From assembly GCA_965223845.1 (NCBI GenBank), contig CBDCXR010000004.1:3787334-3851333 (forward strand): DNA of 64,000 nucleotides. Direction: 5' to 3'. Positions 20,359 through 29,748 of this stretch are shown here, in pieces. A program made the position numbers and the translations under genes. This stretch comes from Planctomycetota bacterium. Lineage in GTDB: Bacteria > Planctomycetota > UBA8108 > SXIK01. Below the pieces are notes generated by a model that made no database searches, had not been told where the DNA came from, and worked only from the letters and a program-made list of their open reading frames with translations. The stretch's first letter is position 1. Each line of letters opens with the position of its first letter.

Positions 20359-22029
20359 ATGGCACACGCAATCCAGATGCCCCGAGCGGGACAGAGCATG
20401 ATCGAGGGCCGGGTCGTCGCGTGGCTCAAGAAGGAAGGCGAGGCCGTCGAGCGCGGCGAGCCTCTGCTCGAGATCGAGACCGACAAGGCGAATCTCGAAG
20501 TCGAAGCACTCGAGGCGGGCATCCTCCGCAAGGTGCTGGCGAAAGAAGGCGACGTCGTCCCCGTGCTGTCCGTGGTCGGCGTGATCGGCGCGGCGGACGA
20601 AGCGATCGACTACGATGCTCTCGTATCTGCCGCCGCCGAAGCGGCGGAGGAGTCTAAGCCGACCACCGACGCGGCGACGGAACCCTCGACGGAAGCGGCG
20701 ACGCCGCCGGCTGACGCGGAGCTCGTCGGCCACACGGTGCTCATGCCCCAGGCGGGACAGAGCATGACGGAAGGCCGAATCCTCTCGTGGCTGAAGAACG
20801 AAGGGGACGCGGTCGAGCGCGGCGAGCCGCTCGTAGAGATCGAAACGGACAAGGCGAATCTCGAGATCGAGGCTCTCGCCGCGGGACATCTGCGCAAGAT
20901 CTTCGCGAACGAAGGAGAGCTCGTCCCCGTGCTCGCCGCGGTCGCGGTGATCGGACCGAGAGACGCGGACATCGACTTCGACGAGCACGCGCGGCGCGCC
21001 GAGGCGGCGCGGGCGCAAGGGACCGCGCCGCCGCCCGCCGCGCCCACGGCGAGTCCGGCCCCCGCCCGCTCGCCCGCCGAGCCGGCGGCGGCGACGAATC
21101 CGCGGCGCCCGGCGCCCGCGGTGGCGAGCCCGACGGTGACCGCCGCCGCGTCGCGCCGTCTCGCCGCCTCGCCGCTAGCGCGGAGGGTCGCGAAGGAGCG
21201 CGGCGTCACGCTCTCCGCCGTCCGCGGCACCGGACCGAACGGGCGCATCCTCCGGCGCGACGTCGAGGCGGCGCCGGCCGGCGGCGGTCACGCAGCTGCG
21301 AATGGCGCGGGGATCGATCTCTCCGCGCTCGGTGCGAGCCGCCCGTACCCCGAACCGGCCGCGCGCCCGCCGGCCGAGGTTCCGCTGACCGGCATGCGGG
21401 GCGCGATCGCGTCGGCTCTCCAGCAGTCGAAGCAGACGCTCCCCCATTTCTACGAGGCGATCACCGCGGATGTGACGGCGCTTCTCGAGCGGAGGAGTGG
21501 GCTCGAGCAAGAAGGTGCCCGCGTTTCCGTGAACGACTTCGTCGTCCGGGCCGTCGCGATCGCACTAGCCGATGAACCTCGCGTCAACTGTCGCGTTGCG
21601 GACGATCGCATCGAATATCCTTCGGCGGTCAACATCGGCATCGCCGTCGGAACGGAAGACGGGCTCGTCGTCCCCGTCGTGCAGAACGCCGCGACGCTCG
21701 ATCTCGTCGGACTCTCCGCCGAGTCGAAGCGCATCATCGAAGCCGCGCGCTCCGGGAAGTTGATCGGAATGGGAACGGGCACCTTCACGATCTCGAATCT
21801 CGGCATGTTCGGCATCGAGAGCTTCAGCGCGATCATCAATCCGCCGGAAGGCGCGATCCTCGCCGTCGGCGCCGCTCGACCCGAGCTCCGGCCCTGGGCC
21901 GGCGGCTTCGCGCCGCGAGCGGTGATGACGCTCACGCTTTCTGCGGACCACCGCGCGATCGATGGCGTGCTCGCCGCTCGATTCCTCAGTCGTCTGCGTT
22001 CGCTGCTCGAAGAGCCGGATCGGTTGTAA
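20359..22029 (+). CDS. 2-oxo-acid dehydrogenase complex E2 component (dihydrolipoamide acyltransferase) with two lipoyl domains
   Basis: Two lipoyl domains each with ETDKA, an E3-binding region (RRLAASPLARRVAKERGV), and the catalytic DHRAIDG motif. The start at MAHAIQMPRAGQS; the upstream 87 aa of the ORF are Arg-rich and were trimmed. Confidence 0.9.
   Translation: MAHAIQMPRAGQSMIEGRVVAWLKKEGEAVERGEPLLEIETDKANLEVEALEAGILRKVLAKEGDVVPVLSVVGVIGAADEAIDYDALVSAAAEAAEESKPTTDAATEPSTEAATPPADAELVGHTVLMPQAGQSMTEGRILSWLKNEGDAVERGEPLVEIETDKANLEIEALAAGHLRKIFANEGELVPVLAAVAVIGPRDADIDFDEHARRAEAARAQGTAPPPAAPTASPAPARSPAEPAAATNPRRPAPAVASPTVTAAASRRLAASPLARRVAKERGVTLSAVRGTGPNGRILRRDVEAAPAGGGHAAANGAGIDLSALGASRPYPEPAARPPAEVPLTGMRGAIASALQQSKQTLPHFYEAITADVTALLERRSGLEQEGARVSVNDFVVRAVAIALADEPRVNCRVADDRIEYPSAVNIGIAVGTEDGLVVPVVQNAATLDLVGLSAESKRIIEAARSGKLIGMGTGTFTISNLGMFGIESFSAIINPPEGAILAVGAARPELRPWAGGFAPRAVMTLTLSADHRAIDGVLAARFLSRLRSLLEEPDRL
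20365..20960 (+). repeat. Intragenic tandem duplication encoding the two lipoyl domains of E2 (unit about 370 bp)
   Basis: Protein segments MPRAGQSMIEGRVVAWLKKEGEAVERGEPLLEIETDKANLEVEALEAGILRKV and MPQAGQSMTEGRILSWLKNEGDAVERGEPLVEIETDKANLEIEALAAGHLRKI are near-identical. Confidence 0.6.
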
Positions 22030-22043
22030 AACTCGCGGGGGAT

Positions 22044-22061
22044 CGACGCCTCGAGGCGTCG
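22044..22061. terminator. Perfect GC palindrome between convergent E2 and lipB genes (candidate bidirectional terminator hairpin)
   Basis: CGACGCC-TCGA-GGCGTCG. It lacks a flanking T-run on either side, so it may be Rho-dependent or simply a structural element. Confidence 0.35.
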
Positions 22062-22068
22062 GTTCGAG

Positions 22069-22779
22069 TCAACCGTTCGCGAGCGCTTCGGCCTCCGCCG
22101 CGACGAGTAGCCGGAGATTCCGATCGAACACGCTCGTGAACGACCGGTGAACCGCGCCGCAGAGCGCCGTCCACTCGGGAAGAGACCCGGCCGGCAACTC
22201 GCGCTCGAGGCTCGTTACTTCGGCGTCCGAGATCCCGCAGGGAACGATCGTATCGAAGCCGTCGAGATCTCTCTCGACGTTGAGAGCGAAGCCGTGTGAC
22301 GTCACCCACTGCTGCGCGCGGATGCCGATCGCCGCGATCTTGCGCGGAGCCGCGTCCGGACCGACCCACACTCCCGTGCGCCCGTCGACGCGTCGCCCGA
22401 CGATCTCGTAATCCGCGAGTACTCCGAGCAGAGCCTCCTCGACGCGCCGAAGATAGGCGTGGAGGTCCCGCTCGTCGCCCGAGAGCTGGACGATCGGATA
22501 TCCGACGAGTTGCCCCGGACGGTGAAACGTCACGTCGCCGCCGCGGCGCGACGGGACGATCGCGATGCCGCGCGAGGCGTACTCGGCTCGCGGGAGGCGG
22601 AGATGCTCATCGCCACCTCTCGTGCCCCACGTCACCGTAGGCGGGTGCTCGAGGAGCCACAGAAGATCCGGAATCTCGTCCGCTGCACGGCGTTTGACGA
22701 GACGCTCTTGCGTTCGCGTGGCGTCGTCGTAGCGGATCGGAGTTCGAGGTGTACGGACGTTCTCGGGGAGGAGATTCAC
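22069..22779 (-). CDS. lipB: Lipoyl(octanoyl) transferase
   Basis: LipB motifs: HPPTVTWG, a RGGDVTFHRPGQLVGYP-like segment, and the conserved K/C region GxRKIAAIGIR...HGFALNV with Cys CGI. GTG start. Confidence 0.85.
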   Translation of the reverse strand: MNLLPENVRTPRTPIRYDDATRTQERLVKRRAADEIPDLLWLLEHPPTVTWGTRGGDEHLRLPRAEYASRGIAIVPSRRGGDVTFHRPGQLVGYPIVQLSGDERDLHAYLRRVEEALLGVLADYEIVGRRVDGRTGVWVGPDAAPRKIAAIGIRAQQWVTSHGFALNVERDLDGFDTIVPCGISDAEVTSLERELPAGSLPEWTALCGAVHRSFTSVFDRNLRLLVAAEAEALANG

Positions 22780-22875
22780 ACGAAGTGCGCGAAGGATCGC
22801 GAAGGGAGAGAAGAAGTAAGAATAAGAGTAGGAATGAGAGCGAGAATAAAAGGAAGCGCGCCCGGGTGGGAAGGA

Positions 22876-22911
22876 AAACGCCCGGCGAACGGGGAACCGG
22901 TCGCCGGGCGT
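22876..22911 (-). terminator. Rho-independent terminator of amtB
   Basis: A 12-bp perfect stem AACGCCCGGCGA/TCGCCGGGCGTT with a 12-nt loop. On the minus strand it is followed by UUUUCC, about 25 nt after the amtB stop. Confidence 0.55.
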
Positions 22912-22935
22912 TTCGCTATTACCGACTGAAGCGAG

Positions 22936-24324
22936 TTACACGTCGTAGCCGACTTCGCCGTGCTGCGAGAGGTCGAGGCCCTGGAGCTCCTCGTCCTCGC
23001 TCGCGCGGAATCCCTTCGTGACCGCGTTCACGATTGCGTAGAGGATCGCCGTCACGACGGCGGAGTACACCATGGTGATGACGACGGCGAGAATCTGCGT
23101 GAGGATCAACCCGCCGCTCGGCACTCCGCCTACAGAGACGAAGACGCCCGTGAGGATCGCGCCGACGGTTCCACCGACTCCGTGGACGCCGAACGCGTCG
23201 AGCGAGTCATCGAATCCGAGGCGCGCCTTGAGGACGGCGACGCAGAAGTAGCACACCGCCGCGACGATGACGCCCATGATGAGAGCGGCTCCGGGCTGGA
23301 CGTATCCCGCCGCCGGGGTGATGCAGACGAGGCCCGCAACGAGTCCCGTGGCGACGCCGAGCACGGTGGCCTTTCCGTGGTGGACCCGCTCGATCACCGC
23401 CCACGCGAGAGCGGCCGATGCCGCGCAAACGTGAGTGACGGTGAACGCGAGAACGGCGGTCCCGTCGCTCGCGAGACCGCTCCCGCCGTTGAATCCGAAC
23501 CAGCCGAACCAGAGGAGACCGGCTCCGAGCACGGTGAGGGTCAGGTTATTCGGCGCCATTTTCTGCTGCGGGTAGCCGCGGCGCTTCCCGATGAGGATCG
23601 CGAGAACGAGCGCGGACACACCCGACGAGATGTGGACGACGGTTCCACCGGCGAAGTCGATCGCGCCGTAGCCGGTCACGCCTTCGAGCCACCCGTCACC
23701 ACCGAGCAGGCCACCACCCCAGACCCAGTGGCAGATCGGATCGTAGACGAGCGTCGCCCAGAGGAGCGTGAAGAGGACGTAGGGTCCGAACCGCACGCGT
23801 TCCGCGAACGCTCCGGCGATGAGGGCCGGCGTGATGATCGCGAACATCATCTGGAAGGTCATGAAGAGCATGTGCGGGATGACGTGTCCCGAGTTCGGTT
23901 GGGGCGCATCCCAAGCGACTCCGCTCAGCATGAAGTAGTCCATGCCGCCGATGAATCCGCCCACATCGGTCCCGAAGGCGAGACTGTAGCCGATCACCAC
24001 CCACTGCACGCTCACGAGTCCCATGCAGAACACGCTGTGCATCATCGTCCCGAGGACGTTCTTCGAGCGCACCATGCCCGCGTAGAAGAGGGCGAGGCCC
24101 GGCGTCATGAGGAGTACTAATGCGCACGAGGCGAGAATCCACGCGATCGATCCCGAATCGAGCGCCGACGCCACCTCGGCGGCGGCTTCGGCAGCGGCTT
24201 CGGTGGCAGCCTCGACGACTTCGGCGCCCTCGGCACCTTCACCCTGGCCGAAAGCGATCGCCGGCATCCCGGCACTGAGCAGGCCGGCGACCCAAGATCG
24301 CCGGCGTTTTGAGAAGGAAAACAT
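22936..24324 (-). CDS. amtB: Ammonium transporter
   Basis: Amt/MEP signature regions (DFAGGTVVHISSG, twin-His context) and a signal peptide MFSFSKRRRSWVAGLLSAGMPAIAFG. The 96-aa Arg/Ser-rich extension was trimmed. Confidence 0.9.
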   Translation of the reverse strand: MFSFSKRRRSWVAGLLSAGMPAIAFGQGEGAEGAEVVEAATEAAAEAAAEVASALDSGSIAWILASCALVLLMTPGLALFYAGMVRSKNVLGTMMHSVFCMGLVSVQWVVIGYSLAFGTDVGGFIGGMDYFMLSGVAWDAPQPNSGHVIPHMLFMTFQMMFAIITPALIAGAFAERVRFGPYVLFTLLWATLVYDPICHWVWGGGLLGGDGWLEGVTGYGAIDFAGGTVVHISSGVSALVLAILIGKRRGYPQQKMAPNNLTLTVLGAGLLWFGWFGFNGGSGLASDGTAVLAFTVTHVCAASAALAWAVIERVHHGKATVLGVATGLVAGLVCITPAAGYVQPGAALIMGVIVAAVCYFCVAVLKARLGFDDSLDAFGVHGVGGTVGAILTGVFVSVGGVPSGGLILTQILAVVITMVYSAVVTAILYAIVNAVTKGFRASEDEELQGLDLSQHGEVGYDV

Positions 24325-24451
24325 CTCGAATGACCTCAAACGAAGTTTGCTTGCGGAACGCGACGTCGGTGGGGACCCCTCCACCACGGAGTCGCACGCG
24401 CGAACAAACGCGAGGAATCGTCCTCCGGAAGCTGCCTCGACCGCGAGTGCG

Positions 24452-24799
24452 TTAGATCGCCTCGTTGCCGCGTTCGCCCGTGCGGATGCGCACGCAGTCT
24501 TCGAGCGGAAGGACGAAGATCTTGCCGTCTCCGATCTTCCCTTCCTCGCCGGTGCGACCGCCGCGGATGATCGCCTCGATCGTCGCCTCGACGAATTCGT
24601 CGTTGACCGCAATCTCGAGCCGAACTTTCGGGATGAGATTCACCTGGTACTCGTGACCGCGGTAAATCTCGGTGTGTCCCTTCTGGCGTCCGAGCCCCTG
24701 CGCGTCGCTAACGGTGAGGCGAAAGACCTCGACCGAGCTGAGCGCTTCTTTCACCGCCTCAAGTCGAGACGGCTGCACGACAGCGATGATGTACTTCAT
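24452..24799 (-). CDS. glnK: Nitrogen regulatory protein P-II
   Basis: MKYIIAVVQP...GRQKGHTEIYRGHEY (T-loop Tyr)...GKIGDGKIFV, and 115 aa long. It lies upstream of amtB on the same strand. The 35-aa extension was trimmed. Confidence 0.9.
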   Translation of the reverse strand: MKYIIAVVQPSRLEAVKEALSSVEVFRLTVSDAQGLGRQKGHTEIYRGHEYQVNLIPKVRLEIAVNDEFVEATIEAIIRGGRTGEEGKIGDGKIFVLPLEDCVRIRTGERGNEAI

Positions 24800-24952
24800 A
24801 GGAACCTCTCCGATGGGCTGTTCTCTCGACGGTGGAGCTCGGGCCGATTCGGCGCGAATCGGATCAGAAACAACCCTCCTCGCCGCACCGCGAGATTCGT
24901 TCATCCTCTCTAGTTTGAGCCGATCGCCCTCGACGACCGGCGCCGAAAGCTT

Positions 24953-27682
24953 TTACCCCACGCCTGTAGTCTCCGCACCACTCTCCTCGGGCTCCGCCGC
25001 GTCGCGGCCGCGCGCCCGAAGGAGCAGCTCTCTCTCGACACGACGTTGAATCTCCGGGTCACTCACCTTCAACCCGTCGGCTCCGAGCACGTAGAAGACG
25101 TCTCGAACTCGAGCGCCGAAGGTGGAAAGTTTTGCCGTGTGGACGCCGAGGCCGCGCTCGTGGAGACCCGACGCCACATCGAACAGGAGGCCGGGCCGGT
25201 CTCCCGCATTCACCTCGATCACCGTAAACCGTTCCGAGCTCACGTTGTTGATCGTCACCCGCGGCCCGTACAACGGACGGGGAGCTCGATGGCGCCCGAG
25301 TCTCGCGCGGTGCTCCTCCACGACGCTCGAAACTTCGATCGCTGACGATTCTAAAGACGCGAAGGAGCCGCGCAGGCGCTCGATTCGCGTCGAGACGGGG
25401 ATCCTCACGCCGTCGTCGACCTCGACGATGAACTGATCGATCGCGAAGCCATCGGCGTGCGAGTAGATGCGCGCCCCGAGAACGCTGAACCCCTGACAAA
25501 AGAGAAGCCCGGTCAACTCGGCAAATAGTCCGGGGCGATCGGGAGCGCAGATGCTCACCTCGTGGTAGTCGCCGAACGCCTCCGCGCTCACCCCGACCGA
25601 TCCGTGCTCGCGGACCCCGTCTAGCAACTCGACGTGACGGAGCATCGTCTCCGGGCGCACTTCGCGCCCGTAGTCGGAGCCCTCCATCGAACGGCAATGC
25701 TCCCGCAGTCTCGCGCGCTGCGCGTCGTCGAGGTCGGCGTCCTCGACGAGGGACCGCAGCTCGGTCCCCGCTGGCTCTCCCGTGCGCAGCCGCTCGAGTG
25801 TGTTCTCGTACACTTCCTTGAGCTGTGCGCCCTTCCACCCCGTCCAAGTGCCCGGGCCGACAGATTTGATGTCGAGGTGAGTCAGTAGGTAGAGCATCTT
25901 GAGCCGTTCCGCGGTTTCGCACGCTGTCGCGAGCCCCGCGATGACGTCGGGGTCCGAGTAGTTCCGCCGCTCGGAGACTCGGAAGAGTCGAAGATGCCGG
26001 TAGACGAGGAATTCGACCGCGGATGCGATCTCGCTCGTTAGCCCCAATCGCTCACAAACGATGGCCGAAATCGTCCAGCCGCTCACCGAATGATCGCCTT
26101 CGAATGCCTTTCCGACGTCGTGGAGAAGAAGCGCGAGGCGGAGCGGCAAAGGATCGCTGAGCTCGTCGTAGACGCGGCGGAACTCGCGCTCGGTCGAGTC
26201 GTCGCCCTCGGCGATGCGGTCGAGCTCACGGAGGGCACGAAGCGTGTGGGCATCGACGGTGAAATGGTGGTGTCCATCGAAGCTGACGAGACAATCGAGC
26301 TTCCGGAACTCCGGTAGAATCCGTGCGAGGAGCCCGGTCTCGTGCATCGCGGTCAACGCTTCCCCGACGCGTTGCTCGTGCCGCAGAATCGAGACGAACT
26401 TGCGCATCACCGGAGCCGAGTGCGTCAAGTCGCCCGGCTCGCGCGCGACGCGCTGGCGAATCCATTCGCGCAGCGTTTCGCTCGGTCGAATGTCTTTCTT
26501 CTGTGCGACGCGAAGGAAGTCGAGGATCTCCTCGGGCGTCCCTCCGTTCGGCGGATCACCCGCGAGGTAAAGACGTCCCCGGTACGAATTGAGGACCGGG
26601 TGGACGCGATCGGCGACGAATGTCCGCGTGACCCAACTGAACGAACGACGCCCGCGCGTTTCGCTTTCCACGTAGTAGCGAAGAAAGCAATCGACGGCGC
26701 GGGTGTGACGGTAGTAGTCGCCCATGAGCTCCTCGACCGCGGCACGCGGATCGGCATCGGATCCGTAGCCGAGGTGTCGAGCGACGGCGAACTGGGTATC
26801 GCGCTCGAGCACGTCGAGGCGACTCTCGCTCTCCAAGTGGAGGGCACAGCGAACGCGGAGAAGAAAGCGATACGCCGCGCGCCAAGCGGTGACGTGATCC
26901 ACGGAGAAGTCGCCCGTCTGGGAGAGGCTGCGCATGCCTCGTCCGGCGTGGCGGAGATTCTCGATCCACCGAACGCGCTGAAGATCACGGAGTCCGCAGA
27001 TGCCGTCTTTCGTGTCGGGTTCGATGACGTACAGAGTGCGGCGCGGATCCTCGAGAGACTCGCGGAGAAGTCGCACCTGCTCCGAGCAGAATCTCGCTCC
27101 CCGACGTCGCCGATACCGCCAGAGCGCTTTCTCGCGGAACGTCGAGTAGACTTCGTCGCTTCCCCAGAGGTGGCGGGCGTCGAGAAGAGCCGTCGCCGTG
27201 CTCAGATCGTCGTGCATCCACCCGAAGCACTCCCGCGGCGATCGCACCGAGTGACCGAGTTCGAGCCCCGCGTCCCAGAGAAGAGGGACGAGTCGCTCCA
27301 CGCGATCCGTCGCGGCGCCCCGGCGAATGAGCACCAGGAGATCGACATCGGAATGCGGGCATTGCTCCGCGCGACCGAATCCGCCCACCGCGGCCAAGCA
27401 AACGCTCGCGGGCTCGAGCTCCGCGGCCAGAGCGCGCTCGACGACGACGCGATCGATCGCGGTCGAAAACGAGCGACAGGCTTCGAACGCGTCGCGGCCG
27501 GACTGAATCTCGCGGCGGAGTTGAGCGAGCGCGGAGTCGACCGAGGCGCGCTTCGCGTCGAGTCCCTCCGAGGCGCGCGGCGACGATCCGCGCATTCGCT
27601 CGCCGGAGTCGAGTCTCGGCCCGCCCGACCGGGACGAGTCGCCGGAATCTAGCGCCGGGCTCTCTGAATTCATTCGGGCCAT
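24953..27682 (-). CDS. glnD: [Protein-PII] uridylyltransferase/uridylyl-removing enzyme
   Basis: N-terminal nucleotidyltransferase (GGFGRAE..SDVDLL), an HD domain (HHFTVDAHTL...LLLHDVGK) and two C-terminal ACT domains. The start is uncertain: M53 is used, and M82 (near 27595) is equally plausible. Confidence 0.85.
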   Translation of the reverse strand: MARMNSESPALDSGDSSRSGGPRLDSGERMRGSSPRASEGLDAKRASVDSALAQLRREIQSGRDAFEACRSFSTAIDRVVVERALAAELEPASVCLAAVGGFGRAEQCPHSDVDLLVLIRRGAATDRVERLVPLLWDAGLELGHSVRSPRECFGWMHDDLSTATALLDARHLWGSDEVYSTFREKALWRYRRRRGARFCSEQVRLLRESLEDPRRTLYVIEPDTKDGICGLRDLQRVRWIENLRHAGRGMRSLSQTGDFSVDHVTAWRAAYRFLLRVRCALHLESESRLDVLERDTQFAVARHLGYGSDADPRAAVEELMGDYYRHTRAVDCFLRYYVESETRGRRSFSWVTRTFVADRVHPVLNSYRGRLYLAGDPPNGGTPEEILDFLRVAQKKDIRPSETLREWIRQRVAREPGDLTHSAPVMRKFVSILRHEQRVGEALTAMHETGLLARILPEFRKLDCLVSFDGHHHFTVDAHTLRALRELDRIAEGDDSTEREFRRVYDELSDPLPLRLALLLHDVGKAFEGDHSVSGWTISAIVCERLGLTSEIASAVEFLVYRHLRLFRVSERRNYSDPDVIAGLATACETAERLKMLYLLTHLDIKSVGPGTWTGWKGAQLKEVYENTLERLRTGEPAGTELRSLVEDADLDDAQRARLREHCRSMEGSDYGREVRPETMLRHVELLDGVREHGSVGVSAEAFGDYHEVSICAPDRPGLFAELTGLLFCQGFSVLGARIYSHADGFAIDQFIVEVDDGVRIPVSTRIERLRGSFASLESSAIEVSSVVEEHRARLGRHRAPRPLYGPRVTINNVSSERFTVIEVNAGDRPGLLFDVASGLHERGLGVHTAKLSTFGARVRDVFYVLGADGLKVSDPEIQRRVERELLLRARGRDAAEPEESGAETTGVG

Positions 27683-27953
27683 ACAAGTCCATCGACCCAG
27701 GCGGAGCTCCGCCGAGTCGAGATCTGCCGCTTCGGCGATCCGGAGGGGCTCGGCAAACGCACGAGAGCTCGAGACGGTACCGTCCGATCTCGCGTTTCGT
27801 TCGCCGGCAGTCCAGGAGCGACGCGAGCGAGCGAGCAAGTCCTATCTTGAAACTGTATGGACCCCCAATGGTCGCGCGCATTGTGGCCGATGGGCGGGCA
27901 CGGCGCAAGCCCGCCGCCTCTCCCGCCTAAACGAGATCGACCGCGCGGCGAGA

Positions 27954-29081
27954 TCAGTAGGTCCAGGCGTCGCGTCCCGGCGAAAACACCCTTCGCTCAC
28001 CGGGGAGAGCGGCCGGCCGGAGCTCGAAAGCCGGAACGATCCCGCGAGGCCAGCCGCGGGTCTCGGCGCCTTCGTCGACGAAGACGTGATAGAGACGGGC
28101 GCCCGAGACGCGCAGCGGCTCATCGCGCTCGCGCTCGCGGCCGCGAATCGCGCGAAGCGGGATGAACCATCGCCCTCCCCGCGCCGTCACGCCCTCGACC
28201 GGCACGAGGATGTATCGCGTATCGCCGCGCGAACGAACCGCGTCGGGATCGAGCTCGACTTCGACGAGCCACTCCGGCTCGAGCGAGGCCGTGGTAGCGC
28301 GGGAACGCTCGAGATCCAAATCGAGAGTCTCGGCGCGTCCGTCCAGCGACTCGCCCAACCGGTGGCGAATCCCGACAAGGCGCGGATGGGGCCGCTCGCG
28401 GGAAGCCGGCTCGAGGTGCCACTGAAGCTCCGTCGAGATCTCCCGCTCGCCGTTCCATCGCGTCGAATGAGCCGTCGACGATCGATAGGCATCGGCGGCC
28501 TGAGGACGACTCCGATCCTGCGGCGCGGGGGACTCGGCGAGGCGCGTGGCGTTCCCGTCTACCCAAAGAGCGCCCGCGAAAACTCCGGCCACGCCGGCGA
28601 TCAAGACCGCGGCCGCGACTGCTTCGCGGTGCCGAACTCGGCGCGCGGGCATGCGCTGCACAGTAGCCGTCGCGCGATGGCTCGGATCGTCGGCGGTCTC
28701 GCCTTCGCGTCGCACGAGGCGCCGTTCGGTGCGCTCCGCCCTTTCGGCCAGTCCCACGACCGAGGTGCGCGGTGGACGACTTCGCTCGACCGTCCGTTCG
28801 CAGCGCCTACCGGGAAGCATCGAGAGAGCCTCGACGCGGGCGACGATCGCCCCGGCACGCTTTCGCCGCATCTCGGCAACGCGAGAACCGGTTCGCTCGA
28901 TCTCTGGCGCCGCCGACTCAAAGAGCGAACGCACATCCTCGTCGAACTCGTCCACCCACCTCGAGCAGTCGGCGCAGCGTCGGAGGTGCCGCCGCACGAG
29001 TTGAAGCGCGAAAGGATCAGCCAGCTCGCCTTCGCAGTAGAGCCAGAGGTCGTCGCGCAGTTGGCTACAGACGTCCTTCAT
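27954..29081 (-). CDS. Anti-sigma factor with N-terminal zinc-finger (HxxxCxxC) and one TM helix
   Basis: RRHLRRCADCSRW motif, a TM segment AVAAAVLIAGVAGVFAGALW, and a 17-nt overlap with the upstream ECF sigma gene. Confidence 0.7.
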   Translation of the reverse strand: MKDVCSQLRDDLWLYCEGELADPFALQLVRRHLRRCADCSRWVDEFDEDVRSLFESAAPEIERTGSRVAEMRRKRAGAIVARVEALSMLPGRRCERTVERSRPPRTSVVGLAERAERTERRLVRREGETADDPSHRATATVQRMPARRVRHREAVAAAVLIAGVAGVFAGALWVDGNATRLAESPAPQDRSRPQAADAYRSSTAHSTRWNGEREISTELQWHLEPASRERPHPRLVGIRHRLGESLDGRAETLDLDLERSRATTASLEPEWLVEVELDPDAVRSRGDTRYILVPVEGVTARGGRWFIPLRAIRGRERERDEPLRVSGARLYHVFVDEGAETRGWPRGIVPAFELRPAALPGERRVFSPGRDAWTY

Positions 29082-29688
29082 GGCTCAACCTCACTCGCGC
29101 GCGCCGCTCGAGCCGGGCGCGCGCCGTTCGAATCAAGTGGTCGACCTTGGAAAAGCTCACGTTCAAGCGCGTCGCCAGCTCGCGGTACGACAGCCCGTCG
29201 AAGTAGCGCAGGATCAGGATGTCGCGCTCCGCCGCCGGCAACTCGTCGAGGAGTCCGTTCAGATCTGCGCATTCGTTCTTCGGCTGCGACCATCCCTGCT
29301 GGAGCTCCTCGGCTCGCGCGGCCAGCGCCTTTCGCTCGGACCGATAACGCCGCCGGCGATCGCGACAGAGCGATCGCGCGATCTGGTAGAGCCACGGCGC
29401 GAATCGCCGCGCATCGTCCAGCTGCGCAAGGTGCGTGTACGCACGGATGAACGTCTCCTGCGCGATCTCTTCGGCGTCGGATCGATTCGACCCGAGCAGT
29501 CTGAAACAGAGCCCGAACACGGACGGCTCGTAGTGTTCAACCAACTCGCGAAACGCATCGCGGTCGCCGTCGAGCACACGCCGGACCGTCTCCCCTGCGT
29601 CGGAGATCGTCCCGGGCGGCTCAACCCGTTCGGGGTCGGGCCGGTCGGGATCGGTGCTGGCGTCTGGCCCGCGCTGCGGGTCGCGCAT
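29065..29688 (-). CDS. ECF (sigma-70 family, group IV) RNA polymerase sigma factor
   Basis: Region 2 (FRELVEHYEPSVFGLCFRLLGSNRSDAEEIAQETFIRAY) and region 4 (ERDILILRYFDGLSYRELATRLNVSFSKV). I chose the start at M59 of the ORF. Confidence 0.8.
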   Translation of the reverse strand: MRDPQRGPDASTDPDRPDPERVEPPGTISDAGETVRRVLDGDRDAFRELVEHYEPSVFGLCFRLLGSNRSDAEEIAQETFIRAYTHLAQLDDARRFAPWLYQIARSLCRDRRRRYRSERKALAARAEELQQGWSQPKNECADLNGLLDELPAAERDILILRYFDGLSYRELATRLNVSFSKVDHLIRTARARLERRARVRLSHEGRL

Positions 29689-29728
29689 CAAGCTGGATGA
29701 AGCTCGCACGTCGAAATCGCCCGAAAAA

Positions 29729-29748
29729 GGATCCTTTTTTTCGTCCCG
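29729..29748. promoter_or_regulatory. Perfect 16-nt AT-rich palindrome AAAAAGGATCCTTTTT upstream of the ECF sigma gene
   Basis: A strikingly AT-rich perfect palindrome in GC-rich DNA, about 40-60 nt upstream of the sigma start codon. Candidate operator, or a weak bidirectional terminator. Confidence 0.3.

Noticed and set aside
22044-22070. tRNA-like T-loop motifs: GGTTCGAGTC at about 22060 and GGTTCGATCC at about 745.
   Set aside because: Flanking bases cannot form a T-stem or acceptor stem, so no cloverleaf is possible. These are chance matches inside hairpin or intergenic sequence.
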